A DNA stretch of 36,010 bases, from contig JBOEGD010000045.1 in NCBI GenBank assembly GCA_050633245.1, positions 1 to 36,010 of the forward strand. Direction: 5' to 3'. The position numbers and the translations under genes were made by a program. The DNA comes from Calditrichia bacterium (GTDB lineage: Bacteria > Calditrichota > Calditrichia > RBG-13-44-9 > J075). Positions 1 through 7,595 of this stretch are shown one piece after another (within the stretch, counting starts at the first letter, position 1; each line of letters begins with the position of its first letter). Below the pieces are notes generated by a model that did not search any database, was not told the DNA's origin, and worked only from the letters and a program-made list of their open reading frames with translations.

Positions 1-46
1 GAGTTCAGAGTTCAGAGTTCAGTCAGGCCCGACCCCTGATATCTGA
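1..46. repeat. Heptamer tandem array (GAGTTCA)x3 followed by hairpin TCAGG-cccgacc-CCTGA
   Basis: 1-22 reads GAGTTCAGAGTTCAGAGTTCAG. TCAGG 23-27 pairs with CCTGA 35-39, and TCTGA 42-46 can pair with the array's TCAGA. It lies just 3' of the minus-strand ABC permease. Confidence 0.85.
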
Positions 47-48
47 TT

Positions 49-1137
49 TTACTCCCACTTAAACCTTTTGATTGAAAAAGCAAAGCAGGCGATGGTCCAG
101 CAGGTCAGAATCAACAACTCCGGGAAAACATTCGATAGTCCAGCTCCATTGGTAAAGATCGCTCGTATAGCTCGTACAAGGTGAGTGAGTGGAAGCGCTT
201 CAATCAGCGGTTGTAAAAATGCAGGGAGCCCATCCGAGGAAAAATAGACGCCGCTTAGTAACGTCATGGGAATAAATAATACATTTGCCATCCCTGAGGC
301 GCTTTCGGTCGTTTTTGCAATGCTTGCAATAGAATAGCCAAGCGCAATAAATGCGAACATACCGATGCTGAGAGCAAAGAAAAATGGAAAGAAGTCACCA
401 ACCATTTTTACGCCGAAAAGTACCATGGCCAAGCCGATAAGCATGCCTGCCTGAGCCAGGACAATCACATAGCGGGCCAGAATTTGCCCGGCAATAAACT
501 TCCATTTAGGCAATGGGGTTACGGCTAAACGACGTAGCTTGCCCTTTTCCCGATAGGAGACCACCACCAGGCCAATAGAAAATAGACAGGTAGACATCAA
601 ACTGAATCCTATTAACCCCGGAACCAGAAAGTCCAGAAAACTAACCGCCCCACGCTCGGCTTCTATGGCCGTTTGAGTTAGCGTGATGGGAAGCTTGCGA
701 CTAAGAAAGCTGCTGTTCTCAGCAAGCACTATTTTGTCGAGCATTAAGCGAACCAAATCATTTAGCTGTTCTTGAGCCGGATGATACATCAAATTGATTT
801 GCGCATTCTGCTGCCTTAACGCTTCGGCATACCCCTCCGGAATTACCACCACGCTGCCGAGCTCATTGCGACGTAATAAGTCGTCTGCCTCTTCGCGGGT
901 AAGCGGTTCCACAAACAGCGCATTTACCCGACTAAGCTCACCGACGATCTTCTGAGATGCCGGAGACCAATCTTCATCGACAACACCAACCGTGAACCGA
1001 ATAACATCTGGCTGATTAAATACGTAACCAAATATTACAATCAAAAATGCCGGAAAGAAGAAAGTCCAGAAGACGGTCTGTCGCTCGCGAATAAACAGCT
1101 TCAGCTCCATCTTAATTTGCTGATATAGCATGTTCAC
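49..1137 (-). CDS. ABC-2 type transporter permease
   Basis: N-terminal TM, extracellular loop, then 5 TM segments. FLVPGLIG and REKGKLRRLAVTP motifs are typical of ABC-2 permeases. Overlaps the ATPase gene by 4 nt. Confidence 0.92.
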   Translation of the reverse strand: MNMLYQQIKMELKLFIRERQTVFWTFFFPAFLIVIFGYVFNQPDVIRFTVGVVDEDWSPASQKIVGELSRVNALFVEPLTREEADDLLRRNELGSVVVIPEGYAEALRQQNAQINLMYHPAQEQLNDLVRLMLDKIVLAENSSFLSRKLPITLTQTAIEAERGAVSFLDFLVPGLIGFSLMSTCLFSIGLVVVSYREKGKLRRLAVTPLPKWKFIAGQILARYVIVLAQAGMLIGLAMVLFGVKMVGDFFPFFFALSIGMFAFIALGYSIASIAKTTESASGMANVLFIPMTLLSGVYFSSDGLPAFLQPLIEALPLTHLVRAIRAIFTNGAGLSNVFPELLILTCWTIACFAFSIKRFKWE

Positions 1138-2054
1138 TCGCGCAGACTCCTTCCGGTAAGCTGTAAAAATACATCTTCAAGATTAGGGCGCCGAACGTGC
1201 AGCTCGTTTAACGTTAAGTTCATCTTTGATGCAAAACTTAGTAAGCCTGTGAGTGTCAGTTGAGCATCAGCAGAAAATAGCTCGATCATGTTATCGACGA
1301 CCTGTGCTCGATTGATTCCGGGAACGGTCGCTTGCAAGTTTTCCAGGTCTATCGCCGAGTCGCAGGTAAAAACCAAAGAACTGTCAATTCCAAGATTCTC
1401 GACCAGAGATGAAGGCTTTCCTTGTGCGATTATTTTGCCATGATCCATAATCGCAACCCTGCCGCAAAGTTCTTCTGCCTCTTCCATATAGTGTGTTGTT
1501 AAAAGGACGGTTTTACCATCTGCGGTCATTCGCTTAATAATGTCCCACAAGTTTCGTCTGGCTTGCGGATCGAGCCCGGTGGTTGGCTCATCCAAAAAAA
1601 CAACCTGTGGGTCATTTACCAGCGCTAATGCCAATGCCAGGCGTTGTTGCTGTCCACCGGAAAGCGTGGTCTGGTAAACATTGCTTTTTTCTTCCAATGA
1701 AACCAGTTTTAAGAGCTTGGCTGTTGGCAGGCGCTTTTTGTAATAACTGCCATACAGGTCGAGGGCTTCTCCGACTTTTATCTTATTATAAAGCGACGTG
1801 CTCTGAAGCTGAACGCCGATAATTTCTTTCACTTCCTGTAGAGCTGTTTGAACATCTTTGCCATCGATTGTAATAGAGCCACTGTCCGGCTTTCGCAACC
1901 CCTCAATCATTTCCAATATTGAGGTTTTTCCAGCGCCATTCGGACCGAGTAGGCCAAAAACCTCGCCACGTTTCACGTCGAAACTGACGCCATCCACGGC
2001 TTTTATATCGCCATAGTGTTTAAAAACGTTTGTTAATTGGAGTAGGGAGTTCAT
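1134..2054 (-). CDS. ABC transporter ATP-binding protein (multidrug/DrrA-like)
   Basis: Walker A GPNGAGKT, signature LSGGQ, Walker B VFLDEPT, H-loop TTHYMEE, C-terminal NLEDVFLQLTG. Confidence 0.95.
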   Translation of the reverse strand: MNSLLQLTNVFKHYGDIKAVDGVSFDVKRGEVFGLLGPNGAGKTSILEMIEGLRKPDSGSITIDGKDVQTALQEVKEIIGVQLQSTSLYNKIKVGEALDLYGSYYKKRLPTAKLLKLVSLEEKSNVYQTTLSGGQQQRLALALALVNDPQVVFLDEPTTGLDPQARRNLWDIIKRMTADGKTVLLTTHYMEEAEELCGRVAIMDHGKIIAQGKPSSLVENLGIDSSLVFTCDSAIDLENLQATVPGINRAQVVDNMIELFSADAQLTLTGLLSFASKMNLTLNELHVRRPNLEDVFLQLTGRSLRE

Positions 2055-2056
2055 GA

Positions 2057-3070
2057 TCAGACAAGCGCTTTTTTAATAGACTTTAACAAGGATGGTCCTT
2101 CATATACGAAGCCAGAATAAAGCTGGATAAGACTTGCCCCAGCTTCGAACTTTTCCTTCGCGTCGTTGACAGAGTGGATGCCTCCAACACCAATGATTGG
2201 AAAGGCACCGCCGGATTTACTGTGCAGATAGCGGATAACCTCGGTGGAGCGATCTTTTAGAGGCTTACCACTGAGCCCACCATTGCCGATGGCTTCTGTT
2301 TTCTCTGCGGTAGTTTTTAACCCGGCACGAGATATTGTTGTATTCGTTGCAATCACTCCGGAAATACCGGTTTCTTTGACAATCGCAATTATATCATCCA
2401 GCTGAGAATCGGAGAGATCAGGCGCAATTTTTAGCAGAATCGGTTTTTGTTGCGGCTTTGCCATATTTAGCTGCTGAACATGATTGAGAAGTTTGGTAAG
2501 CGGCTTTTTATCCTGCAACTCACGCAAGTTGGGCGTATTTGGTGAGCTCACGTTTACGGTGAAGTAATCGACGAATGGGTAGAGTACCTCAAAACATTTT
2601 TCATAATCTGAAATGGCATCTTCATTTGGCGTCATCTTGTTCTTTCCAATATTTCCGCCCAAAACTAACGAGGTGTCTCGTTTTTTTAAGCGTTCGCATG
2701 CTACCTGCAGCCCGTCATTGTTGAAGCCCATGCGATTAATGAGTGCCTCGTCGGAGTCGAGGCGAAACAGCCGTGGTTTGGGATTACCAGCCTGCGGTTC
2801 TGGTGTTATCGTACCGATTTCAACAAACCCGAACCCTAAGCGTCCAAACTGCTTATAGCGAATTGCGTTCTTGTCGAATCCTGCTGCGAGACCGATTGGA
2901 TTGCGAAAAGTGAGTCCAAAAACCTCACGCTCTAATTGAGTGTCTTCATACCCATACATCCATCCAAGTAAGTGGCTAATGCCTGGAATGCCAAGTAACT
3001 TAAACGTTACATTATGAGCCGTTTCGGCAGAGAAAAGAAAGAGCAGAGGTTTTAACAAATAAGAATACAA
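2057..3070 (-). CDS. pyrD: Quinone-dependent dihydroorotate dehydrogenase (class 2)
   Basis: [34 protein letters not shown] and GGLSG motifs. Start moved to TTG at 3070 (GGAG just upstream); the ORF track starts at 3121. Confidence 0.95.
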   Translation of the reverse strand: MYSYLLKPLLFLFSAETAHNVTFKLLGIPGISHLLGWMYGYEDTQLEREVFGLTFRNPIGLAAGFDKNAIRYKQFGRLGFGFVEIGTITPEPQAGNPKPRLFRLDSDEALINRMGFNNDGLQVACERLKKRDTSLVLGGNIGKNKMTPNEDAISDYEKCFEVLYPFVDYFTVNVSSPNTPNLRELQDKKPLTKLLNHVQQLNMAKPQQKPILLKIAPDLSDSQLDDIIAIVKETGISGVIATNTTISRAGLKTTAEKTEAIGNGGLSGKPLKDRSTEVIRYLHSKSGGAFPIIGVGGIHSVNDAKEKFEAGASLIQLYSGFVYEGPSLLKSIKKALV

Positions 3071-3191
3071 TAGATTCTCCGAAGTTTGTCTTATAAAGCT
3101 ATATCTATTAAACTTAAGCAATCAGCAGAAAATTCACGCCTCTTTTTTCAGACTTTTGTATCGCCTTACGAATGAAATAATAACCTTTGTG

Positions 3192-3213
3192 GAAATACTG
3201 TATGCAGTATTTC
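3192..3213. promoter_or_regulatory. 9-bp perfect inverted repeat, putative operator in the divergent pyrD/PPIase region
   Basis: GAAATACTG-TATG-CAGTATTTC. Function is inferred from position only. Confidence 0.35.
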
Positions 3214-3248
3214 GCATGAGCAAATCTATCTCTTTACGGAATAAACAT

Positions 3249-4196
3249 ATGAATAATCGCACCTACTTTTTCTTCTTCCTGCTTCTGTTTCTTAATACAA
3301 TTGGCTTTTCTGAGGAAATGGTTACCAAGTCCCGCTTTAGTGCGATATTGGTCAAGGATAGAAGTGTAGCGGATTCACTGATTCTGAAGCTGAATGCGGG
3401 TGAGGACTTTAGTCAATTGGCGAAAGAGTTCTCTGTAGGCCCGAATGGAAAAGAAGGTGGTGATCTCGGCTACCTTGCATCCGGAGATATGGAGCCAGTG
3501 CTTGATGCGGCAGTAGTAAACTTAAATGTTGGCGAACATACCGAGCCAATCATGCAGAACTATGGTTATTTTATTCTAAAGAAGACGGATGAAAAAGAAT
3601 TTGCAATTCCAACCGATCCATTCTTCTCTTCAACGATGCTTTTTGCTCTCCTTGGTCTTCTTGCTTTTGGCATTTCTGTTTTCGTTGTTTACCATAAATT
3701 GACTTCAACGGCAATCCCGGACAGCACTCTGGAAGAAGGTGTTGTGCATCCAGATGTGGAAGAAATTCCAGATTTGCCAGCTGCATTATTAGCCGGCATG
3801 GCGAGTGCTTTTCTCGGAGCGATTATCTGGGCAGCTATAACGGTCGCAACAAAGTATCAAATTGGCTATATGGCTATTGGAGTAGGATTTTTGGTTGGAT
3901 TCTCCGTACAGCATTGGGGAAATGGCAAAACCATGCAATTTGGTCTTATCGGTGGATTTTTTGCCTTGGTGGGCTGCTTCTTGGGAAATTTTTTCTCGGT
4001 ATGCTACTTTGTTTCGCAGGAGTCCTATATGTCATTTATGGAGTTTTTGCTGTCGGATGCCAGTAGTGAAGTACTTGCAAATATCCATGAATGGACAGAG
4101 CCAATAGACGCAGTGTTCTACTTTATTGCAGCATCTGCGGGATATTCTCTTGCTATTAGGGGATCAGAAGAAGAGTCAGAGGCGGCATCAGATTAG
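3249..4196 (+). CDS. Parvulin (PpiC/rotamase)-like domain fused to a multi-pass membrane domain
   Basis: Signal-like N-terminus; GEDFSQLAKEFS...GGDLGY...GDM parvulin motifs; one TM, a linker, then about 4 TM segments. Start moved to ATG 3249; the ORF track starts at 3156. Confidence 0.8.
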   Translation: MNNRTYFFFFLLLFLNTIGFSEEMVTKSRFSAILVKDRSVADSLILKLNAGEDFSQLAKEFSVGPNGKEGGDLGYLASGDMEPVLDAAVVNLNVGEHTEPIMQNYGYFILKKTDEKEFAIPTDPFFSSTMLFALLGLLAFGISVFVVYHKLTSTAIPDSTLEEGVVHPDVEEIPDLPAALLAGMASAFLGAIIWAAITVATKYQIGYMAIGVGFLVGFSVQHWGNGKTMQFGLIGGFFALVGCFLGNFFSVCYFVSQESYMSFMEFLLSDASSEVLANIHEWTEPIDAVFYFIAASAGYSLAIRGSEEESEAASD

Positions 4197-4204
4197 GTGC
4201 TTTT

Positions 4205-4231
4205 GTGAATAGTTCACGATTCACGATTCAC
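4205..4231. repeat. Heptamer tandem repeat (TTCACGA) with GTGAA-tag-TTCAC hairpin overlapping the SDR stop codon
   Basis: TTCACGA 4213-4219 and 4220-4226, TTCAC 4227-4231; GTGAA 4205-4209 is complementary. Confidence 0.7.
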
Positions 4232-5086
4232 CGCCAGCTCTCGGTAATACTCAGCCAGCTTGCGCTTGCCATACATTGGCGCTACGACTTTCGAAAGACT
4301 CACCTCGCGTCCAAACTCCAGTAGATTATAAATCCTCGGATTAATTGGGCGCACAAACAATCCTGCCATTTTGAATAGTGCCGGAGGGATGCTGATTACC
4401 TTAGACGGTTTTCCCAATGCCTCGAACGCCAGCTCGGAAGTTTGCAATCGTGTTAACACTTCTGGGCCACCGATATCGCGTTCGATATTATTTTGCTCGA
4501 ACATCGCTTCAATACAGGCCTCTGCCAAATCAGCCTCGTGAATCGGATTGGTTAAGCTGCTACCATTGCCGATTTGAATCGCGCGTCCAGCCACAGCCAG
4601 ATCGAAGATCTCATTAAAAATGCCGAAAAAACCGGTCGGTCGCAGAATACCATAAGACATACCGGATGACTTCAGCTCATCAACAAATCGTTCATGAGCA
4701 TCGGCATATTGCAAATGGCGAGAGTTTTGTGCACCAAATACGGAAACGTATACAAAGCGCTTTACTCCAGCGCGCTGTGCTTCAGCAAGTAAATTACGAT
4801 TTCCAATATGATCAACAGAATAGTAGGAACTGCGATCTCCCAAAGCGCGCGGATCCAGGCTGGCGCCGGCAGATGAAAAGACGATGTCGATATTATCGCA
4901 GACGCCTTTTAATGTGGTTGGTTTTGTGAGATCGGCAGAAATGGATTCATTGCAGGAAGCAGCAATTTCGGGAATTAGATTAAAATCGAGACAAAGGCCG
5001 CGCTGAAAATAGTCGTCACCCCTTAAGGCTGCAACAACATAACGGCCGAGATGCCCTGAACATCCGGCAATTAGAATTCTTTTCAT
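4214..5086 (-). CDS. Atypical SDR, NAD(P)-dependent oxidoreductase (NmrA / divinyl-chlorophyllide-reductase-like)
   Basis: Rossmann IAGCSGHLG; GVKRFVYVS; ILRPTGFF; NPIHEADLA; GGPEVLT. Confidence 0.85.
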   Translation of the reverse strand: MKRILIAGCSGHLGRYVVAALRGDDYFQRGLCLDFNLIPEIAASCNESISADLTKPTTLKGVCDNIDIVFSSAGASLDPRALGDRSSYYSVDHIGNRNLLAEAQRAGVKRFVYVSVFGAQNSRHLQYADAHERFVDELKSSGMSYGILRPTGFFGIFNEIFDLAVAGRAIQIGNGSSLTNPIHEADLAEACIEAMFEQNNIERDIGGPEVLTRLQTSELAFEALGKPSKVISIPPALFKMAGLFVRPINPRIYNLLEFGREVSLSKVVAPMYGKRKLAEYYRELAVNRES

Positions 5087-5122
5087 GGTATTTACTTGGT
5101 CTTGGGTTGTTGCAAACGTGCC

Positions 5123-6049
5123 TTACCAGGGCACATTCATATTAAGTGCCTTCAGCTTGTCTTCGAGCTCTGCGCGTTCGCGATTTCGCTTGATCGGATC
5201 TTCCGGGTTCTTGGGTAGCCAGCCAAAACCGCGTGCTGTTGAAAGGGCTTCCTCTGTATTCCCGGCAGCTACTTGTTGAATAATAACGACATCGCGTCCG
5301 GTAAGATTCATGGAATTTACCCGATAGTCCAAAAAAGCCTGCCAGGTTAGCGGACACCAGTGCTTTAGAATCTCATGCCCAATCACTTCCGAGTAGCGGC
5401 GGATTTCGTACTGTGCATGCGAATCCATACGCAGCGCTAAAAAGTGTAGCAAATTATGCAGGTCTATTTTCCAGTAGGCCTCGGTATAAGTTGCCAGGGG
5501 TAGATCTTTGCGTGCCTGCTCACGTGCAACTCCGGCATCGAGGCGTTTATTGTAGAGGTCGCGTGCCATTTGGTGTAGCTGCGTCTCGTCATTGGTGAAT
5601 TCATTGCCGGTTACTTCATCTAAAACGCCATCGCTTCCTTGCCGATTGCTGCTGGCCTGCAAGCGCCATTCACCGGGAAGCGTTGTTTGAGCTGCCTCAA
5701 TTGCCAGCGAGTAACGCGTTGAATATTCGTTGATATTCGCGGTGCGATGACGAATCCACTGCCGCCAGCAGTCCATTGGAACGCGAATATGAAACTTGAT
5801 TTCGCACATCTCAAAAGGAGTGGTATGGCGATGCCTGAGCAGATAGCGGATAAGACCGCGATCCTCATGAACCTTTTTGGTTCCGGCACCATACGATACG
5901 CGCGCAGCCTGCACGATTGAGGAATCGCTCCCCATATAGTCAACTACGCGGACGAATCCATCATCCAGAACTTTAAATGGCTTGCCTAAAATGTCTTCCA
6001 TCGACTCTACCCGGGGGCGGCTTAACTTTTCTGCTTCCTGGCTCATCAT
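5123..6049 (-). CDS. thyX: FAD-dependent thymidylate synthase
   Basis: ThyX motif RHRTANINEYSTRY; AARVSY; HTTPFE; REQAR; LRMDSHAQYEIR. Confidence 0.96.
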   Translation of the reverse strand: MMSQEAEKLSRPRVESMEDILGKPFKVLDDGFVRVVDYMGSDSSIVQAARVSYGAGTKKVHEDRGLIRYLLRHRHTTPFEMCEIKFHIRVPMDCWRQWIRHRTANINEYSTRYSLAIEAAQTTLPGEWRLQASSNRQGSDGVLDEVTGNEFTNDETQLHQMARDLYNKRLDAGVAREQARKDLPLATYTEAYWKIDLHNLLHFLALRMDSHAQYEIRRYSEVIGHEILKHWCPLTWQAFLDYRVNSMNLTGRDVVIIQQVAAGNTEEALSTARGFGWLPKNPEDPIKRNRERAELEDKLKALNMNVPW

Positions 6050-6298
6050 CGTTACCTAATCTTAGATTCCCTTTTGATAGCGGCACTCCAATCCGCATCC
6101 TCAATTATAATCGGAGAAATATAAAAACGCCGAGCCTTCAAGCCTAGCGGTATCTTGTAAAAGGAGAGTGTATTGTTTATTTTTTTTATTCCCACTTCTG
6201 TGTATTGCTCACCAACGGAGCTAAAATTTGTACTAATTTAGAATAACTTTTCAAGGGATTGAATATCTTCTAAAATGGACTTGAGAGAAAACGCCCTC

Positions 6299-6357
6299 TC
6301 GCCGCCTCTTTATTTTTAACTGCTATTTAGGAACACGTTGAAATAAAGAGGCGGCGA
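6299..6357 (+). promoter_or_regulatory. 17-bp perfect inverted repeat sequestering the RBS and start of ORF 6357
   Basis: TCGCCGCCTCTTTATTT (6299-6315) is the exact reverse complement of AAATAAAGAGGCGGCGA (6341-6357), which contains the SD-like AGAGG and the A of the ATG. Confidence 0.75.
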
Positions 6358-6788
6358 TGGCGAATTCTCATTCTACCGATGGTGTCGACTGGATTAAACA
6401 ACATCTGGATACCTTTCTTCCACAAATCGAACAATGGCTTAAGCGCAAGCAATTACCTGAAATCTACCCCTGGGATGGAGTGGAGCGTGATGCCTGGACA
6501 CCTGGCATTCCATTAGACTTTGATGCAACCCATTTTGCCGGGATAAATTCCCTGAGCGCCCTTGGGAATTCCCTTCGTCGTCGCTTTGAATTACTTAACC
6601 TTGTCTCCGGCGAGTTTGAGGACAAACAGATGCTTGCCTATAGCTATTGCTTCTGGGGGTATCTGAAATGGGCAGATCAAGTTCGTCAACGTTATGTGCA
6701 AATGCAGGCTCCTACCGCTACTATGGTACCGCTAAACCACGACTCCTCTCCCAAACAACCTACTATTAAGCGCATGTTTCAGAGATAA
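6357..6788 (+). CDS. Hypothetical protein, possibly a degenerate tyrosinase-like helical fold
   Basis: 143-aa ORF with ATG and SD. Motif spacing H..FL...E.WL.......PWD ... GE...........FW....W.D echoes tyrosinases (inference). Confidence 0.65.
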   Translation: MANSHSTDGVDWIKQHLDTFLPQIEQWLKRKQLPEIYPWDGVERDAWTPGIPLDFDATHFAGINSLSALGNSLRRRFELLNLVSGEFEDKQMLAYSYCFWGYLKWADQVRQRYVQMQAPTATMVPLNHDSSPKQPTIKRMFQR

Positions 6789-6856
6789 ATTCAAAATTTT
6801 CTCAGGTTTTCAGAATAGTATAGTAAAGCTATGACTCGTTATTCTGAAAAGGCAGA

Positions 6857-6885
6857 TTGACATGGAGCAAAAAAGGTGGTATGAT
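6857..6885 (+). promoter_or_regulatory. Sigma70-type promoter of the TA operon
   Basis: TTGACA (6857-6862), 17 bp, TATGAT (6880-6885), with extended TG. Direct repeats GTGGTATGA at 6876-6884 and 6887-6895. Confidence 0.75.
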
Positions 6886-6891
6886 AGTGGT

Positions 6892-7119
6892 ATGAAGATA
6901 AAAACCTCCGTTACCTTGTCGAAAGAGCTTCTGGAAGCTATTGAGAAGAAAGCTGGTAAGAAGAGTCGCTCTGATTTTATAGAAAATGCTGTATGGCTGT
7001 ACCTAAAGCATTTGATGAAGCAGGAGCTAAATAGCAGAGACCTTGCAATTATTAATGCCAATGCAGCGGAATTAAATTCAGAAGCTATGGATGCTCTGGA
7101 TTACCAGGAGCCGATTTGA
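6892..7119 (+). CDS. Ribbon-helix-helix (CopG-like) antitoxin
   Basis: KTSVTL..ELLEAIE......[13 protein letters not shown] pattern with an acidic tail; directly upstream of the toxin. Start moved to ATG 6892 because the 6862 start lies inside the -35 box. Confidence 0.85.
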   Translation: MKIKTSVTLSKELLEAIEKKAGKKSRSDFIENAVWLYLKHLMKQELNSRDLAIINANAAELNSEAMDALDYQEPI

Positions 7120-7442
7120 GGCGTGGTGATTTATATTTGGTCAAGAAACCGGGTTTCTCTGACCCCAAAAAGCATCGCGTTTTTGTTGTTGTCAGTCGAC
7201 AATCACTTATTGACTCTCAATTTTCTAAGGCCATTTGCGCACCTGTTTACTCAAATGGACACGGCCTTACAACGCAGGTAATGGTTGGTCCTGAAGATGG
7301 ACTAAAACACGTTAGCTATATCCATTGCGATGAACTGATTAGTTTGCCCAAATCCCGTTTGGCAAGTTATGTTGGCTCGCTGTCAGAAGAGAAAGTTGTA
7401 AAGCTTAATTTTGCTCTTCAGATGGCTTTGGACACTTTTTAA
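7116..7442 (+). CDS. PemK/MazF-family type II toxin (endoribonuclease)
   Basis: MRRGDLY...[12 protein letters not shown]...[21 protein letters not shown]...VGSL pattern. The TTG start overlaps the antitoxin TGA; CAGGAG lies upstream. Confidence 0.9.
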   Translation: MRRGDLYLVKKPGFSDPKKHRVFVVVSRQSLIDSQFSKAICAPVYSNGHGLTTQVMVGPEDGLKHVSYIHCDELISLPKSRLASYVGSLSEEKVVKLNFALQMALDTF

Positions 7443-7595
7443 AATTTGTTTCTCGCTTCAAGCCTCCTTTTTCGCTGTATTAATTGAACTCCTACTGAGT
7501 GATAATACCTTTTGATCTTGCCGCAATTCCATGCTAATTTGTCCCTCTTGATCTAATGTTGCCCAAATACCACTAATCCAAGTCAAGAACAAGTT

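Noticed and set aside
6050-6290. tRNA or known riboswitch in the thyX/orphan spacer
   Set aside because: No cloverleaf or conserved aptamer motif was recognisable by eye; an Rfam/Infernal search is needed to exclude one fully.
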